Origin: Lachnospiraceae bacterium
GTDB taxonomy: Bacteria; Bacillota; Clostridia; Lachnospirales; Lachnospiraceae
Direction of reading: 5' to 3'
Length of the DNA stretch: 32,000 nucleotides
Assembly (NCBI GenBank): GCA_050944475.1
Contig: JBMNRD010000003.1
Span: 135,316-167,315 of the forward strand
The position numbers and the translations under genes are program-made. Positions 7,438 through 16,568 of this stretch are shown here, in pieces (the stretch's first letter is position 1; the number at the start of each line of letters is the position of its first letter). The notes below the pieces were generated by a model. The model had not been told where the DNA came from. It did not search any database and saw only the letters and a list, made by a program, of their open reading frames with translations.

Positions 7438-8595
7438 ATGTCAAATATTGTTGGAATCCCTCAAGCTGCCATGAATGCTCTGACAGATCTGGTTGATAAC
7501 TGTGCTGAAGTTAAACCTGGTATGGACTGCCTGATTATTGCCCAGAAAGATGGCTTATATGAAGGTGATAACTGTGTGGACGCTGAAGCTGTTGAATGGC
7601 TATCATCTGTGGTTCAATCAAGAAGCGCAAATTGCACAATCCTTTGGTTTGATAACCCTGTAAAGGTACATGAATGGAAATATCCTCCTGTTGTAAAAGG
7701 TGCTGTTGGCGCTGCTGATCTTGTATTCAATTTTTCTTTTGATCTTGTTACTACAGAAATTCCAGAGCTTAGAAAAGGCGTTGAGGAAACAAAAACCTGG
7801 CTTATTCCAATGTTCGCTGTTACAGCCCCTATGTTAATGACCGAATGGGCTCAAACTCCATATGAGCTCCTTGTTGCAATCAGACACATTTCTTCTAAAC
7901 CATTCATGAATAATATGGCTCCGTTTGTTCTTACAGACCCAAACGGAACTCATATCGAGGGAAATGTCCTTGACCCCGTTGCCCGCCCTGGGATTCCGGG
8001 TCTTCCATATGATTCATACAGAAAACAGGTTCGTCACACAGCATTTTGGCCGGAATGGCTTCATCCTCCTGTAAACTGTACAAATGTTAATGGTGCCTTC
8101 AATTTTGACCGAATGCTTGCTTTTTGGTCACGATATATCGGCATCAAGCCTGAATGGAAAGATCTTGTAACTGTAGAAGTGGAAAACAGCCGTATTAGAG
8201 ATATTAAAGGTGGAGAAGAAGCCAAAAAGATCTTGGTCTTCCTTAAGGAAATGGAAACAAAGGTAGGCGACGCTATCTGGAAGTTTGATACATTCCACTT
8301 TGGAGTTCATCCAAATGCAACTATTGAAGAATATCAGTGTCCAAATGACCTTAGAAGGCGTTTTGTAAATCATGCGCATACTTCCAATGTTCATGCTCAC
8401 CTTGGCTCTGCACCTGCAAATGAAAACTACCCATTTTATCCACATATCACAGCCGATATTCGTCAAGCAACATTAACTGTAGGTAATACTTTGGTTTACG
8501 ATGATGGCTATCTGTGCTGCCTTGATGATCCTTCTCTTAAGGAAATAATGGCAAAATATCCGGGCCTCCCTGGAATTCCACCAAGAAGCAAATAA
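7438..8595 (+). CDS. M29 (aminopeptidase T)/NicX-like superfamily protein, paralogue 1
   Basis: Block order resembles aminopeptidase T and 2,5-dihydroxypyridine dioxygenase NicX: ...VEVENSRIRDIKGGEEA..., FHFGVHPNA, NVHAHLGSAP, PHITADI. It is about 55-60% identical by eye to the ORF at 14362..15513. The ATG at 7438 aligns with the paralogue's N-terminus (MSNIVGIPQAAMNALTDLVDNC versus MAPVCGIPEAAMVSLTDLVDNC). Confidence 0.55.
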   Translation: MSNIVGIPQAAMNALTDLVDNCAEVKPGMDCLIIAQKDGLYEGDNCVDAEAVEWLSSVVQSRSANCTILWFDNPVKVHEWKYPPVVKGAVGAADLVFNFSFDLVTTEIPELRKGVEETKTWLIPMFAVTAPMLMTEWAQTPYELLVAIRHISSKPFMNNMAPFVLTDPNGTHIEGNVLDPVARPGIPGLPYDSYRKQVRHTAFWPEWLHPPVNCTNVNGAFNFDRMLAFWSRYIGIKPEWKDLVTVEVENSRIRDIKGGEEAKKILVFLKEMETKVGDAIWKFDTFHFGVHPNATIEEYQCPNDLRRRFVNHAHTSNVHAHLGSAPANENYPFYPHITADIRQATLTVGNTLVYDDGYLCCLDDPSLKEIMAKYPGLPGIPPRSK

Positions 8596-8635
8596 CTTAA
8601 TCTATCCAACAATATCTTTTCAATCCTTATTAATT

Positions 8636-8677
8636 AAAAAAGCGAGAATCGAACCTTATGTTCAATCCTCACTTTTT
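8636..8677. terminator. Bidirectional rho-independent terminator between two convergent genes (M29-like paralogue 1 and the last ABC ATPase gene)
   Basis: A-run at 8636-8641. An imperfect 13-nt stem, GCGAGAATCGAAC (8642-8654) with GTTCAATCCTCAC (8660-8672), gives 10 of 13 pairs around a 5-nt loop. T-run at 8673-8677. Confidence 0.45.
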
Positions 8678-8693
8678 GCATTTATTGTATAAA

Positions 8694-9647
8694 TTAATTT
8701 AGCTCTTTAACTCTACAACATGCCACAAAATGATTTGGTGCAATCTCTTCGAGATGCTGTGGTTCATGACATTTTTCTGTAGTATATGGACATCTTTGAG
8801 CAAATCTGCAACCTGGTTTCGGATTAACAGGGGATGTAATCTCACCCTTAAGAATAATATGCTCAGGCTCCTTTGTAATATCCAATGAAGGAATAGCCGA
8901 AAGAAGAGCTTTTGTATATGGGTGTGCCGGATTCTTGAAAAGCTCCTTAGACGGACTTGTTTCGACCAGCTGTCCAAGATACATAACAGCAATGTTATGC
9001 GAAATATGTCTTACAACTGAAAGATCATGTGTAATGAACATATATGTAAGACCATGCTCTCTCTGAAGATCCTGAAGAAGGTTAAGTACCTGAGCCTGAA
9101 TTGATACATCCAGTGCAGATACCGGTTCATCACAAACAATGAATTTAGGGTCAGGAGCAAGAGCTCTTGCAATACCAACTCGCTGCCTTCTACCACCATC
9201 AAGCTCATGAGGATACGCTTTACGAAGTCTCTCATCAATACCTACCATATTCATAAGCGTTTCTGTTCGCTCAGCAATGAATTTTGCCGGAAGACCCGCT
9301 GTACGAAGTGGCTCCTGAATAGACTGCTCAACTGTAAGTCTTGGATTAAGTGATGAATAAGGATCCTGGAAGATGATGCGCATTTCATTATGAAAATTCT
9401 TCAGTTTCTTGCCCTTTAACTTTGTAACATCTCTGCCATCAAACAAAATCTGTCCTGCAGTACTGTCTTCAAGATGAACCATTACTCTTCCGAGAGTTGT
9501 TTTTCCGCATCCAGACTCACCTACTACACCAAGTGTTGTTCCCTGTTCAATCTTAAAGTTAACACCGTCAACAGCATGAAGGAGGCCTCTAGGTGTTGGA
9601 AAAAACTTTTTAAGATTATTAACTTCAATAAACGAACTCATAATCAT
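8694..9647 (-). CDS. Oligopeptide/dipeptide-type ABC transporter ATP-binding protein (OppF/DppF-like)
   Basis: Walker A GESGCGKTT, signature/Walker B region ELDGGRRQRVGIARALAPDPKFIVCDEPVSALD, and a Cys-rich C-terminal Opp domain (GCRFAQRCPY...C). There is an ATGA overlap with the upstream ATPase gene. ATG 9641 is an alternative start, with GGAGG 7 nt upstream. Confidence 0.9.
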   Translation of the reverse strand: MIMSSFIEVNNLKKFFPTPRGLLHAVDGVNFKIEQGTTLGVVGESGCGKTTLGRVMVHLEDSTAGQILFDGRDVTKLKGKKLKNFHNEMRIIFQDPYSSLNPRLTVEQSIQEPLRTAGLPAKFIAERTETLMNMVGIDERLRKAYPHELDGGRRQRVGIARALAPDPKFIVCDEPVSALDVSIQAQVLNLLQDLQREHGLTYMFITHDLSVVRHISHNIAVMYLGQLVETSPSKELFKNPAHPYTKALLSAIPSLDITKEPEHIILKGEITSPVNPKPGCRFAQRCPYTTEKCHEPQHLEEIAPNHFVACCRVKELN

Positions 9648-10642
9648 TCCTCCTTCTTATAATTAATGCATCGACAGAAATGTCCAGGTCTGACCTCTGT
9701 TAATGGAATCACTTCACCCGATTTACAAGCTTCTATGGCAAATGGACAACGAGGTGAGAAATAACATCCCACTGGCAGGTTTGTAGGATCCGGAGGAAGG
9801 CCGTCTATCGGACTAAGTCTGTCAACATCAGAGTTGATATGAGGAATCGAGCCAAATAATCCTTTTGTATATGGATGTGCAGTATGAAGGAAGATATCCT
9901 CCTTTGCTCCCATCTCAACAATCCGTCCCGCATAAATAACCGCAACGTCATCGCAAGCCTCAGCCACAACACCGAAATCATGTGTAATCAGAATCATTGA
10001 AGTATTCAGTTCATCGCGAAGCTTCTTGATTAACTGAAGCACCTGAAGCTGGATTGTTACATCCAGGGCCGTTGTAGGCTCATCAGCAAGGATTAGTTCA
10101 GGGCGACATGCAAGAGCCATAGCAATAACTACTCGCTGCTTCATTCCACCTGAAAACTGATGTGGATATTCAGAGATGCGATCTCCCGGAATGTCTACCA
10201 TCTCTAGCATTTCAGCGGCACGCTTATAAGATTCAGATCTGCTTACTCCATAATGAAGCTTAATTGCTTCCGCAATCTGCTTACCAACTGTCATTACCGG
10301 ATTAAGCGCAGTCATCGGATCCTGGAAAATCATTGCAATCTTGTTTCCGCGAATATGACGCATTTCTTTTTCTGATACTTTCAGAAGATCCTCACCCTCC
10401 AAAAGAACATTTCCGTTTCTTATATGAGCGGCATAATCCGGAAGAATTCTAAGGATAGTTTTCGCAATTGTTGTTTTACCTGCACCTGTTTCTCCAACCA
10501 AAGCAAGAGCACGACCTTTCTTTAATTGGAATGAAACTCCATTTACTGCATGAACAATCTGTCCATCTGAAGTATATTCAACAACAAGATCGTCTACTTT
10601 AAAGAAAGGTGCATCATTTTTCTCAATAGTTGACATAATCAT
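9644..10642 (-). CDS. Oligopeptide/dipeptide-type ABC transporter ATP-binding protein (OppD/DppD-like)
   Basis: Walker [42 protein letters not shown], and a C-terminal [10 protein letters not shown]...C motif. Confidence 0.9.
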   Translation of the reverse strand: MIMSTIEKNDAPFFKVDDLVVEYTSDGQIVHAVNGVSFQLKKGRALALVGETGAGKTTIAKTILRILPDYAAHIRNGNVLLEGEDLLKVSEKEMRHIRGNKIAMIFQDPMTALNPVMTVGKQIAEAIKLHYGVSRSESYKRAAEMLEMVDIPGDRISEYPHQFSGGMKQRVVIAMALACRPELILADEPTTALDVTIQLQVLQLIKKLRDELNTSMILITHDFGVVAEACDDVAVIYAGRIVEMGAKEDIFLHTAHPYTKGLFGSIPHINSDVDRLSPIDGLPPDPTNLPVGCYFSPRCPFAIEACKSGEVIPLTEVRPGHFCRCINYKKEE

Positions 10643-10651
10643 TCACCTCTC

Positions 10652-11536
10652 TTACTTCTTTAACTTAGGATCAAGGGCATCTCTCAGACCATCACCGATA
10701 AGGTTCAGTGAAAGAACTGTAAGTACGATCGCAATACCTGGGAATATCAAAAGGTATGGGTAATCACGGATGTAATCTCTTCCTGACGAAAGCATTGCGC
10801 CCCATTCAGGGTTAGGAGGCTGAATACCTACACCGATAAAGCTTAAGCTTGATGCAATCAGTATTGTATTGGCGCAACCAAGTGTTGATTGCACAATAAT
10901 AGGAGAAATTGCATTAGGAAGCAGATGCTTTCTAATAGTTCTAAAAGCACCTGTATTATCTATTACCGCTGCATCAAGATACTCTGACTTGCGAACCTGG
11001 AGGATAGAACCTCTAAGGAGTCGAGCCATTGGAGCAATGTTACCGATACCAAGCGCAATAGCCATCTCGACCATTCCTGTACCGAGTACTGTCGTAAGAG
11101 CAATCGACAGAAGCATACCCGGAATAGCCTGGATTATGTCAAGAAATCTCATGATAACATTATCGATTTTTCCACCAAGGTATCCTGCAATAGATCCTAA
11201 AATAATACCACCCACAGCTGCAAGTCCTGTTGCAAAAAGGCCGATAAATAATGAGAATCTACCACCGTACATAACACGGCTTAAAATGTCTCTACCAAGT
11301 TCATCACAACCAAAAGGATGCTTAAGACTTGGAGCCTCAAACAAATTATCCATATCTATAGCCTTATAGCTATATGGTGACAGAATTGGAGCAAAAATGG
11401 CTGCTAATACAAGAACTATCATTACGATCATTCCTACTGTTGCACCTTTGTTCTGAAGAAATCTCCTGAATATTGCTTTTCCACTGCTCTCTTTTTTTAT
11501 TACGGTTATATTTGGATTTTCATTCTTTTTCTTCAT
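10652..11536 (-). CDS. ABC transporter permease (OppC/DppC-like)
   Basis: It has multiple TM segments and the BPD-transporter EAA-like loop (SEYLDAAVIDNTGAFRTIRKHLLPN). There is a 4-nt ATGA overlap with the upstream permease gene. Confidence 0.9.
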   Translation of the reverse strand: MKKKNENPNITVIKKESSGKAIFRRFLQNKGATVGMIVMIVLVLAAIFAPILSPYSYKAIDMDNLFEAPSLKHPFGCDELGRDILSRVMYGGRFSLFIGLFATGLAAVGGIILGSIAGYLGGKIDNVIMRFLDIIQAIPGMLLSIALTTVLGTGMVEMAIALGIGNIAPMARLLRGSILQVRKSEYLDAAVIDNTGAFRTIRKHLLPNAISPIIVQSTLGCANTILIASSLSFIGVGIQPPNPEWGAMLSSGRDYIRDYPYLLIFPGIAIVLTVLSLNLIGDGLRDALDPKLKK

Positions 11537-12483
11537 TTGCTCTTCACCGCCCTTTTCGCGTACTGAGCCTTGATACGTGGATCAATGACCGCGTAAAGCA
11601 AATCAACCAGCAACATGATTAAACTGAACAAAATAGCAAGGAAAATAACCGACCCCATAACTACAGGATAATCTCTACCAGTTACACCATTAATCATGAA
11701 TCCGCCAATACCAGGAATTGTGAAAATGGTTTCAATAACTACAGTTGCTCCAAGCATCTTTCCGAAGTTTGTACAAGCAATTGTAAGTACAGGAATCAAT
11801 GCATTAGGAAGCGCGTGCCTGAAAATAACCTTACGTTCAGGCAAGCCTTTAGCTCTAGCTGTTGTAATATAATCAGATCGAATTACTTCCAGCATACCGG
11901 AACGGGTTTGTCTTGCCTGAATTGCCAGTGAACTCAGAGAGTTTGCAATACATGGCAGGATGTAATGCTGTATAGAAGTATATCCTACCGACGGCAACCA
12001 GCCTAATTTCAATGAAAATAAAAGAACCAGCAGCATCGCTACCCAAAACACAGGCATTGATACACCGATAAGGGCAAGAATCATTGAAAAGTTATCCCAG
12101 AAACCTCCATGGTGAATAGCAGCATTAACACCTAATGGAATGCCAACACACATGGCAATTATAATACATGCTGCACACATACCCATTGTTCGCGGTAATC
12201 TTGATAACAACTCCATGCCAATACTTCTACCGGTTATATATGAAGTTCCAAAATCAAAATGAAAGAATAAGCGTTTGCAATAGTCCCACAATCTTATAAG
12301 GTAAGGCTGGTCAAGACCCAATTCAATTCTCTTCGCTGCCATTTCCTCCGCGGTTGCGTTCTGTCCCAAAATTGTTGATGTTGGATCACCCGGAACAAAA
12401 TACATAATCGTAAATATCAGAATGGTAACGCCGATAATAATAGGAATCATCAATATTAATCTTTTAAGAATGTATCTCCACAT
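11533..12483 (-). CDS. ABC transporter permease (OppB/DppB-like)
   Basis: N-terminus MWRYILKRLILMIPIIIGVTILIFT is typical of OppB/DppB. EAA loop: SDYITTARAKGLPERKVIFRHALPNA. Confidence 0.9.
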   Translation of the reverse strand: MWRYILKRLILMIPIIIGVTILIFTIMYFVPGDPTSTILGQNATAEEMAAKRIELGLDQPYLIRLWDYCKRLFFHFDFGTSYITGRSIGMELLSRLPRTMGMCAACIIIAMCVGIPLGVNAAIHHGGFWDNFSMILALIGVSMPVFWVAMLLVLLFSLKLGWLPSVGYTSIQHYILPCIANSLSSLAIQARQTRSGMLEVIRSDYITTARAKGLPERKVIFRHALPNALIPVLTIACTNFGKMLGATVVIETIFTIPGIGGFMINGVTGRDYPVVMGSVIFLAILFSLIMLLVDLLYAVIDPRIKAQYAKRAVKSK

Positions 12484-12560
12484 AGATTAATCCTCACAAA
12501 TTTAGAAAAACATTCACTTTTTCTGATATATTATTTCTTATAGACTCGATTAAATATCTT

Positions 12561-12602
12561 TTTAAAAAATAGCAGCGCCATAGGACCCACCTATGGCGCT
12601 GC
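12561..12602 (-). terminator. Rho-independent terminator or attenuator directly after the binding-protein gene, inside the transporter operon
   Basis: A perfect 13-bp stem, GCAGCGCCATAGG (12572-12584) with CCTATGGCGCTGC (12590-12602), has a 5-nt loop. On the minus strand it is followed by TATTTTTTAAA (reverse complement of 12561-12571). It starts 9 nt after the stop codon. Confidence 0.65.
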
Positions 12603-12610
12603 CCGATTAA

Positions 12611-14299
12611 TTACTCTTTAAATGTCAGTGCTCCTGGAAGGATGAACAGCTTAGGTGTGTAAACCATTTCAACAATATTGCTTGTTGTTACATGGAATCC
12701 CTGTTCTGTGTAAAGTCCGTAAACATAACACTGATCTTTAATGCGCTGATGAGCTGCATTGACATTCTCTTTTGTTCTTCCTTCTGCTGTTTCAAGTTTC
12801 TTAAGCATTTCTTCGAGTTCATCATCTTTCATCTGAGCGTAGCTCTTTTCCTTATTGCCTGCTGCAAGGAACTGTGTCCAAAGGTCAGCAAGACTTGTGA
12901 ATGAAGACTGGTCAAGACGAATGTCGTAAGCTTCTTCATCATACTTATGAGCTGCAAATGCTGCTGAGTCATATTCCTCAATTTTAACTTCGATGCCAAC
13001 TGCTCCAAGGTATCCCTGAAGAGCCTGCGCTATAGAAATATTAATATTGTCTGAAGATGAAGCCATAATACGGATCGACTGTGACTTATCAAATCCTGAA
13101 GCCTTAATAAGTTCTTCAGCCTTGCTTGGATCGTACTCATAATAAGCCTCATTAGCCCAATCAGGGTTGCAGTCTGCGAATATGACTGCGCCGAATGTTG
13201 TAGCCTTGATTCCATATCCGCCGTAAGCTTTAATGATACCGTTAGCATCAACTGCATATGCAACAGCCTGACGAAGTTCTACGCTCTGCATTGGGCTCTT
13301 TTCGCCACAGTTGAAGTACAGGTTACATGACCTGCTGTCAATATTTGACCATACATTATAATCCGCATTCCCTTCAAACTTAATAGCTTCCTTTGTTGCC
13401 ATTGCTTCAACAACATCAACATCACCCTTTTCAAGTGAAATACTCTGCTGAGCTGCTTCCTTAATCTTCATGAACTCAATACGATCAACATTCTGTTTAT
13501 GCCAATACCAGCCCGAATTTGTGTCTCTGTCAGCAAGGTCTTTGCCCCAATAATCTTCTACCTTCTCAAGTACAGCAACAGAGCCTGACTCAAATTCAAC
13601 AAACTTGTATGTACCTGTTCCAACTGCTTCTGTAGCCATTCCATCAGGACTCTCTTCATACGCTTCCTTAGTTACACAAAATACCATAGGAACAGAAGAC
13701 GCAAACTGGTAATCACGAGCATTTGCCATTGTAACTTCAAGTGAAAGCTCGCCTGTTTGAACTACATCTTTGATCTGACCCATACCAGAAACATTGTTGG
13801 CCTCTCTACACTGCAGAATAGAGAATACTGCATCTTCAGCTGTAAATGGATAACCCTTCCAGTCATGGATTCCTTCATGAAGAATGATTTCATAAGTTGT
13901 ATCGCTCTTCTTGTTGATTTCTTTAGCAAGAGTCAAGACATACTTACCGGTAACCTTGTCGTAATCGAATAACGTCTGATATATAGAGTTAATTACATAG
14001 TGACGCCCTTTAGAAGAACCTGCCCAAGGCGAAATGTTAGTTGGAACATCACCAACTGCCATCTTAAGAACGTCCTTCTGCACACTCTCCATAACGTAAC
14101 CTGTACCGCCGTGTGAGCCTGATCCTGCGAGGTTGCCCTCTTCAATAAGATCTTCCTGATCTAGTTCGCCAACATTAATTATCTGTGTTGCTTCGTCTTC
14201 AGCCTTAGTAGTAGCCTCCGCTTGGCCATCATTACCGCATGCTGCAAGACTAAACACCATGATTGCTCCTAAAAGGAGCGCAATGATACGTTTTTTCAT
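12611..14299 (-). CDS. ABC transporter substrate-binding lipoprotein, family 5 (OppA/DppA/NikA/opine-binding type)
   Basis: It has a lipoprotein signal peptide with lipobox (MKKRIIALLLGAIMVFSLAAC-GND). The 562-aa length and family-5 architecture fit, and it is positioned first among the transporter genes. AGGAGAG RBS. Confidence 0.9.
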   Translation of the reverse strand: MKKRIIALLLGAIMVFSLAACGNDGQAEATTKAEDEATQIINVGELDQEDLIEEGNLAGSGSHGGTGYVMESVQKDVLKMAVGDVPTNISPWAGSSKGRHYVINSIYQTLFDYDKVTGKYVLTLAKEINKKSDTTYEIILHEGIHDWKGYPFTAEDAVFSILQCREANNVSGMGQIKDVVQTGELSLEVTMANARDYQFASSVPMVFCVTKEAYEESPDGMATEAVGTGTYKFVEFESGSVAVLEKVEDYWGKDLADRDTNSGWYWHKQNVDRIEFMKIKEAAQQSISLEKGDVDVVEAMATKEAIKFEGNADYNVWSNIDSRSCNLYFNCGEKSPMQSVELRQAVAYAVDANGIIKAYGGYGIKATTFGAVIFADCNPDWANEAYYEYDPSKAEELIKASGFDKSQSIRIMASSSDNINISIAQALQGYLGAVGIEVKIEEYDSAAFAAHKYDEEAYDIRLDQSSFTSLADLWTQFLAAGNKEKSYAQMKDDELEEMLKKLETAEGRTKENVNAAHQRIKDQCYVYGLYTEQGFHVTTSNIVEMVYTPKLFILPGALTFKE

Positions 14300-14334
14300 T
14301 TTCTTTCTCTCCTTATCTGATAGATTTTTATTTG

Positions 14335-14351
14335 TAGGTGATCATCACCTA
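14335..14351. promoter_or_regulatory. Perfect 17-bp palindrome between the M29-like paralogue 2 gene and the binding-protein gene; candidate operator or RNA stem
   Basis: TAGGTGAT-C-ATCACCTA has 8-bp arms around a single centre base. It lies 36 nt upstream of the ATG at 14299 and 11 nt downstream of the stop at 14362. Confidence 0.3.
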
Positions 14352-14361
14352 ATGCGCAATT

Positions 14362-15513
14362 TTATTTTTTAGGAAGTCCAGGTCTCCCTGGATATTTCTT
14401 AGCCACTTCAATGACGTCCGGATCATCCAATGCACAAAGATAACCATTGTCATATGCCAACTTATCCCCAACCCTAAGTGTTGCATGTTGGATATCTGCT
14501 GTGATATGTACCCAGTACGGATATCCTTCAACGGCCGGAGCTGAACCTAAATGAAAATGAATGTTAGAGCTGTGTGAGTGATCTATCAATCTTCTGTGAA
14601 GATTATGTGGACACTGATATTTTTCAACATGAGCATTTGGATGAACTCCAAAATGAAAAGTATCAAATAACCAGATTTTCTCTCCAACCTTGCCTTCCAT
14701 CATTTCAAGAAATGCCTTTACCTTACGAGCTTCTTCACCGCCGGAAATATCAACAATCCTACTATTTTCAACTTCCACCTTTATTGCTTTCTCCCACTCC
14801 GGTTTGATTCCGATATGAATAGCCCACCACCCTAGCATCTTATCGAATATGTAAGTTCCTTCAACATCCTTGCATCTTACTTGAGTATGAAGCCATTCAG
14901 GCCATGGACAATACCAGCCAGTTTCACGACGGTCCTTTCCATATGCAACTCCCGGCATTCTTCCTCTGCTTATAGGAAGGATTGTCTTTCCCTCAAGCTG
15001 AGTTCCGTTAGGATCTGTAAGAATAAACGGTGAGTCATCTGTTAAGAATGGCTTACAGCTTGCTTTTCTGATGGCTGAAACCAATTCGTACGGTGTCTGA
15101 GCCCATTCAGTCATCAGCAGTTTGGAAGTAAGAGCAAATACACGAATATTCCAGGTATGAGCCGAACGCATATGAAGTCTAAATTCTTCAATCTCCTCAT
15201 TTGTCAATGTTGATGAGAAATTCAAAAGAACATCTGCATGTTCCAAAGCGCCCTTTACAATAGGTGGATATCTCCACTCATGGAGAACGTTTGGTTCGTC
15301 AATCCAGATAATCGTGCTATTGGCTCCCCTAGACTTCACAACCGTATCTGTCCATGCAACCGCCTCTTCATCTACCAGATTAACCCCACCGTATAATCCA
15401 TCTTTGTGAGCCAGGATAACAACCTCCATACCCGGTTGAATACGAGCACAATTGTCAACTAGATCTGTTAAAGAGACCATTGCAGCCTCTGGGATTCCAC
15501 AAACTGGTGCCAT
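14362..15513 (-). CDS. M29 (aminopeptidase T)/NicX-like superfamily protein, paralogue 2; first gene of the transporter operon
   Basis: Same conserved blocks as 7438..8595: LMTEWAQTPYEL, LTDPNGT, WPEWLH, IGIKPEW, VEVENSRI.DI.GGEEA, FDTFHFGVHPNA, YQCP, HLGSAPA, HITADI, GYLC.LDDP. AGAAGG RBS. There is a 62-nt gap to the binding-protein gene on the same strand. Confidence 0.55.
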   Translation of the reverse strand: MAPVCGIPEAAMVSLTDLVDNCARIQPGMEVVILAHKDGLYGGVNLVDEEAVAWTDTVVKSRGANSTIIWIDEPNVLHEWRYPPIVKGALEHADVLLNFSSTLTNEEIEEFRLHMRSAHTWNIRVFALTSKLLMTEWAQTPYELVSAIRKASCKPFLTDDSPFILTDPNGTQLEGKTILPISRGRMPGVAYGKDRRETGWYCPWPEWLHTQVRCKDVEGTYIFDKMLGWWAIHIGIKPEWEKAIKVEVENSRIVDISGGEEARKVKAFLEMMEGKVGEKIWLFDTFHFGVHPNAHVEKYQCPHNLHRRLIDHSHSSNIHFHLGSAPAVEGYPYWVHITADIQHATLRVGDKLAYDNGYLCALDDPDVIEVAKKYPGRPGLPKK

Positions 15514-15536
15514 AAATACCTTCTGCTATTTGTATT

Positions 15537-15558
15537 AAAAGGGCAAATGACGTTGCCC
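15537..15558 (-). terminator. Weak terminator-like hairpin downstream of the membrane-protein gene
   Basis: GGGCAA (15541-15546) pairs with TTGCCC (15553-15558) across a 6-nt loop. It is followed by TTTT on the minus strand (15537-15540). It sits only 24 nt upstream of the start at 15513, so it could instead be a leader element. Confidence 0.3.
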
Positions 15559-15647
15559 AAGTTTCTATTTAAATCTTAACTAACTATGATAAAAAAGTAA
15601 ATTCAATACAATTTATAGGCTCTTTATATAAATCTTTTATATATTTT

Positions 15648-16469
15648 TCACAAATAACGATCATCACTTCTTCTGTACAACTCATATCTTGCATCTGTAG
15701 GCGTTCCGAGGTAATTCGGATTTTTCTTAAATCTCTTAAATCGGACACTTACTGTATATACAAGAAAGCTGATAACTGCCGCAAACATCAATATATAAGC
15801 AAAAATGCTTGAGCTTGTTGGACCCATGATTTCATCTTTTGCAGCAACTATGGCTTTAGAAAGTTTGTCCTCATTCGGTACGCTGTTATCATTAAAATAT
15901 TTATTTATCTGTTCCGTCAAAATCCCAAGTGCTCCATCATCGATAACCGTTTTTGCCTCTTCTCCGACATGATATGCTAGCCCTAGCCTCTTGGATGAAT
16001 TCTCTCGAAATACAATCAAAAGGTGACATTCATCAGGAAAGGTTTCCTTATATATGGTACCTGCGATTTCCTGAAGTTCTTCATTGGAATAATCTTTATC
16101 TTCGCCTGTCAAATCATAAATAATCGGCTGAACTCCTGTAGAAATATAGAAGGCCGACATTTTCTCATACAACACGTCCTTGGAAGTATAAACAGACGAC
16201 TTCATAATGTACGGAAAAAGTTTATATTCAGCTTCTAACTTAATCCTTCTCGATCCGTCTAAAGTCGCAGTTCGTCTTATGTATCCTTGGTATATAGCCG
16301 AAAAAACAAAAAAAGCAACCATTATTACTGCGACAACAATAAACGGCAATAACCTTCTTTTTAGACTCGGACGCCATACAGCCTGGTGCTGTTCTTCCTC
16401 TATAGTCGCTCTTTCTTCCTCACTTTCTTTTATAACCCGCGAGATCTCATCTTCTTTTTTTTGTTTCAT
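15648..16469 (-). CDS. Membrane protein with two TM helices flanking a soluble domain (possibly TPM-like); function unknown
   Basis: It has a charged N-terminus, TM1 (LLPFIVVAVIMVAFFVFSAIY), a domain of about 150 aa with a TPM-like pattern (TGVQPIIY...LLIVF...GLAYHVGEEAKTVIDD), TM2 (IFAYILMFAAVISFLVYTV) and a basic tail. The start is placed at ATG 16469, with a GGGGGAGAAAGGA RBS. The ORF-track start at 16475 is a TTG. Confidence 0.55.
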   Translation of the reverse strand: MKQKKEDEISRVIKESEEERATIEEEQHQAVWRPSLKRRLLPFIVVAVIMVAFFVFSAIYQGYIRRTATLDGSRRIKLEAEYKLFPYIMKSSVYTSKDVLYEKMSAFYISTGVQPIIYDLTGEDKDYSNEELQEIAGTIYKETFPDECHLLIVFRENSSKRLGLAYHVGEEAKTVIDDGALGILTEQINKYFNDNSVPNEDKLSKAIVAAKDEIMGPTSSSIFAYILMFAAVISFLVYTVSVRFKRFKKNPNYLGTPTDARYELYRRSDDRYL

Positions 16470-16568
16470 ATACAAAATCCTTTCTCCCCCTCAAATTATT
16501 GTAAATATACCATCAACAACAATATATCGATAATAGTTTTTTTTGAACACTGCTTCATATTTGAGAAT

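Noticed and set aside
7438-8595. Calling the M29-like proteins bona fide 2,5-dihydroxypyridine 5,6-dioxygenases (NicX)
   Set aside because: The similarity is at fold and block level only. The segment where I recall an H-x-D ligand pair in NicX reads HITAD here. The host looks like a Clostridia-type organism that is probably anaerobic. An aminopeptidase or other hydrolytic role is at least as likely, so only the superfamily is reported.
9641-10642. The shared MIMS N-termini of the two ATPase genes as a meaningful repeat
   Set aside because: Both arise from the same ATGATTATG arrangement next to the RBS, giving two alternative start codons 6 nt apart. This is most simply explained by paralogy and start-site ambiguity, not by a functional element.
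10869-11369. 166-aa plus-strand ORF inside the permease gene, and similar antisense ORFs (e.g. 4869-5078, 5914-6165, 24531-25666, 26843-27642, 30058-30684)
   Set aside because: All lie antisense to, or out of frame within, genes with strong family signatures. They lack RBSs and have skewed low-complexity composition, so they are typical shadow ORFs.
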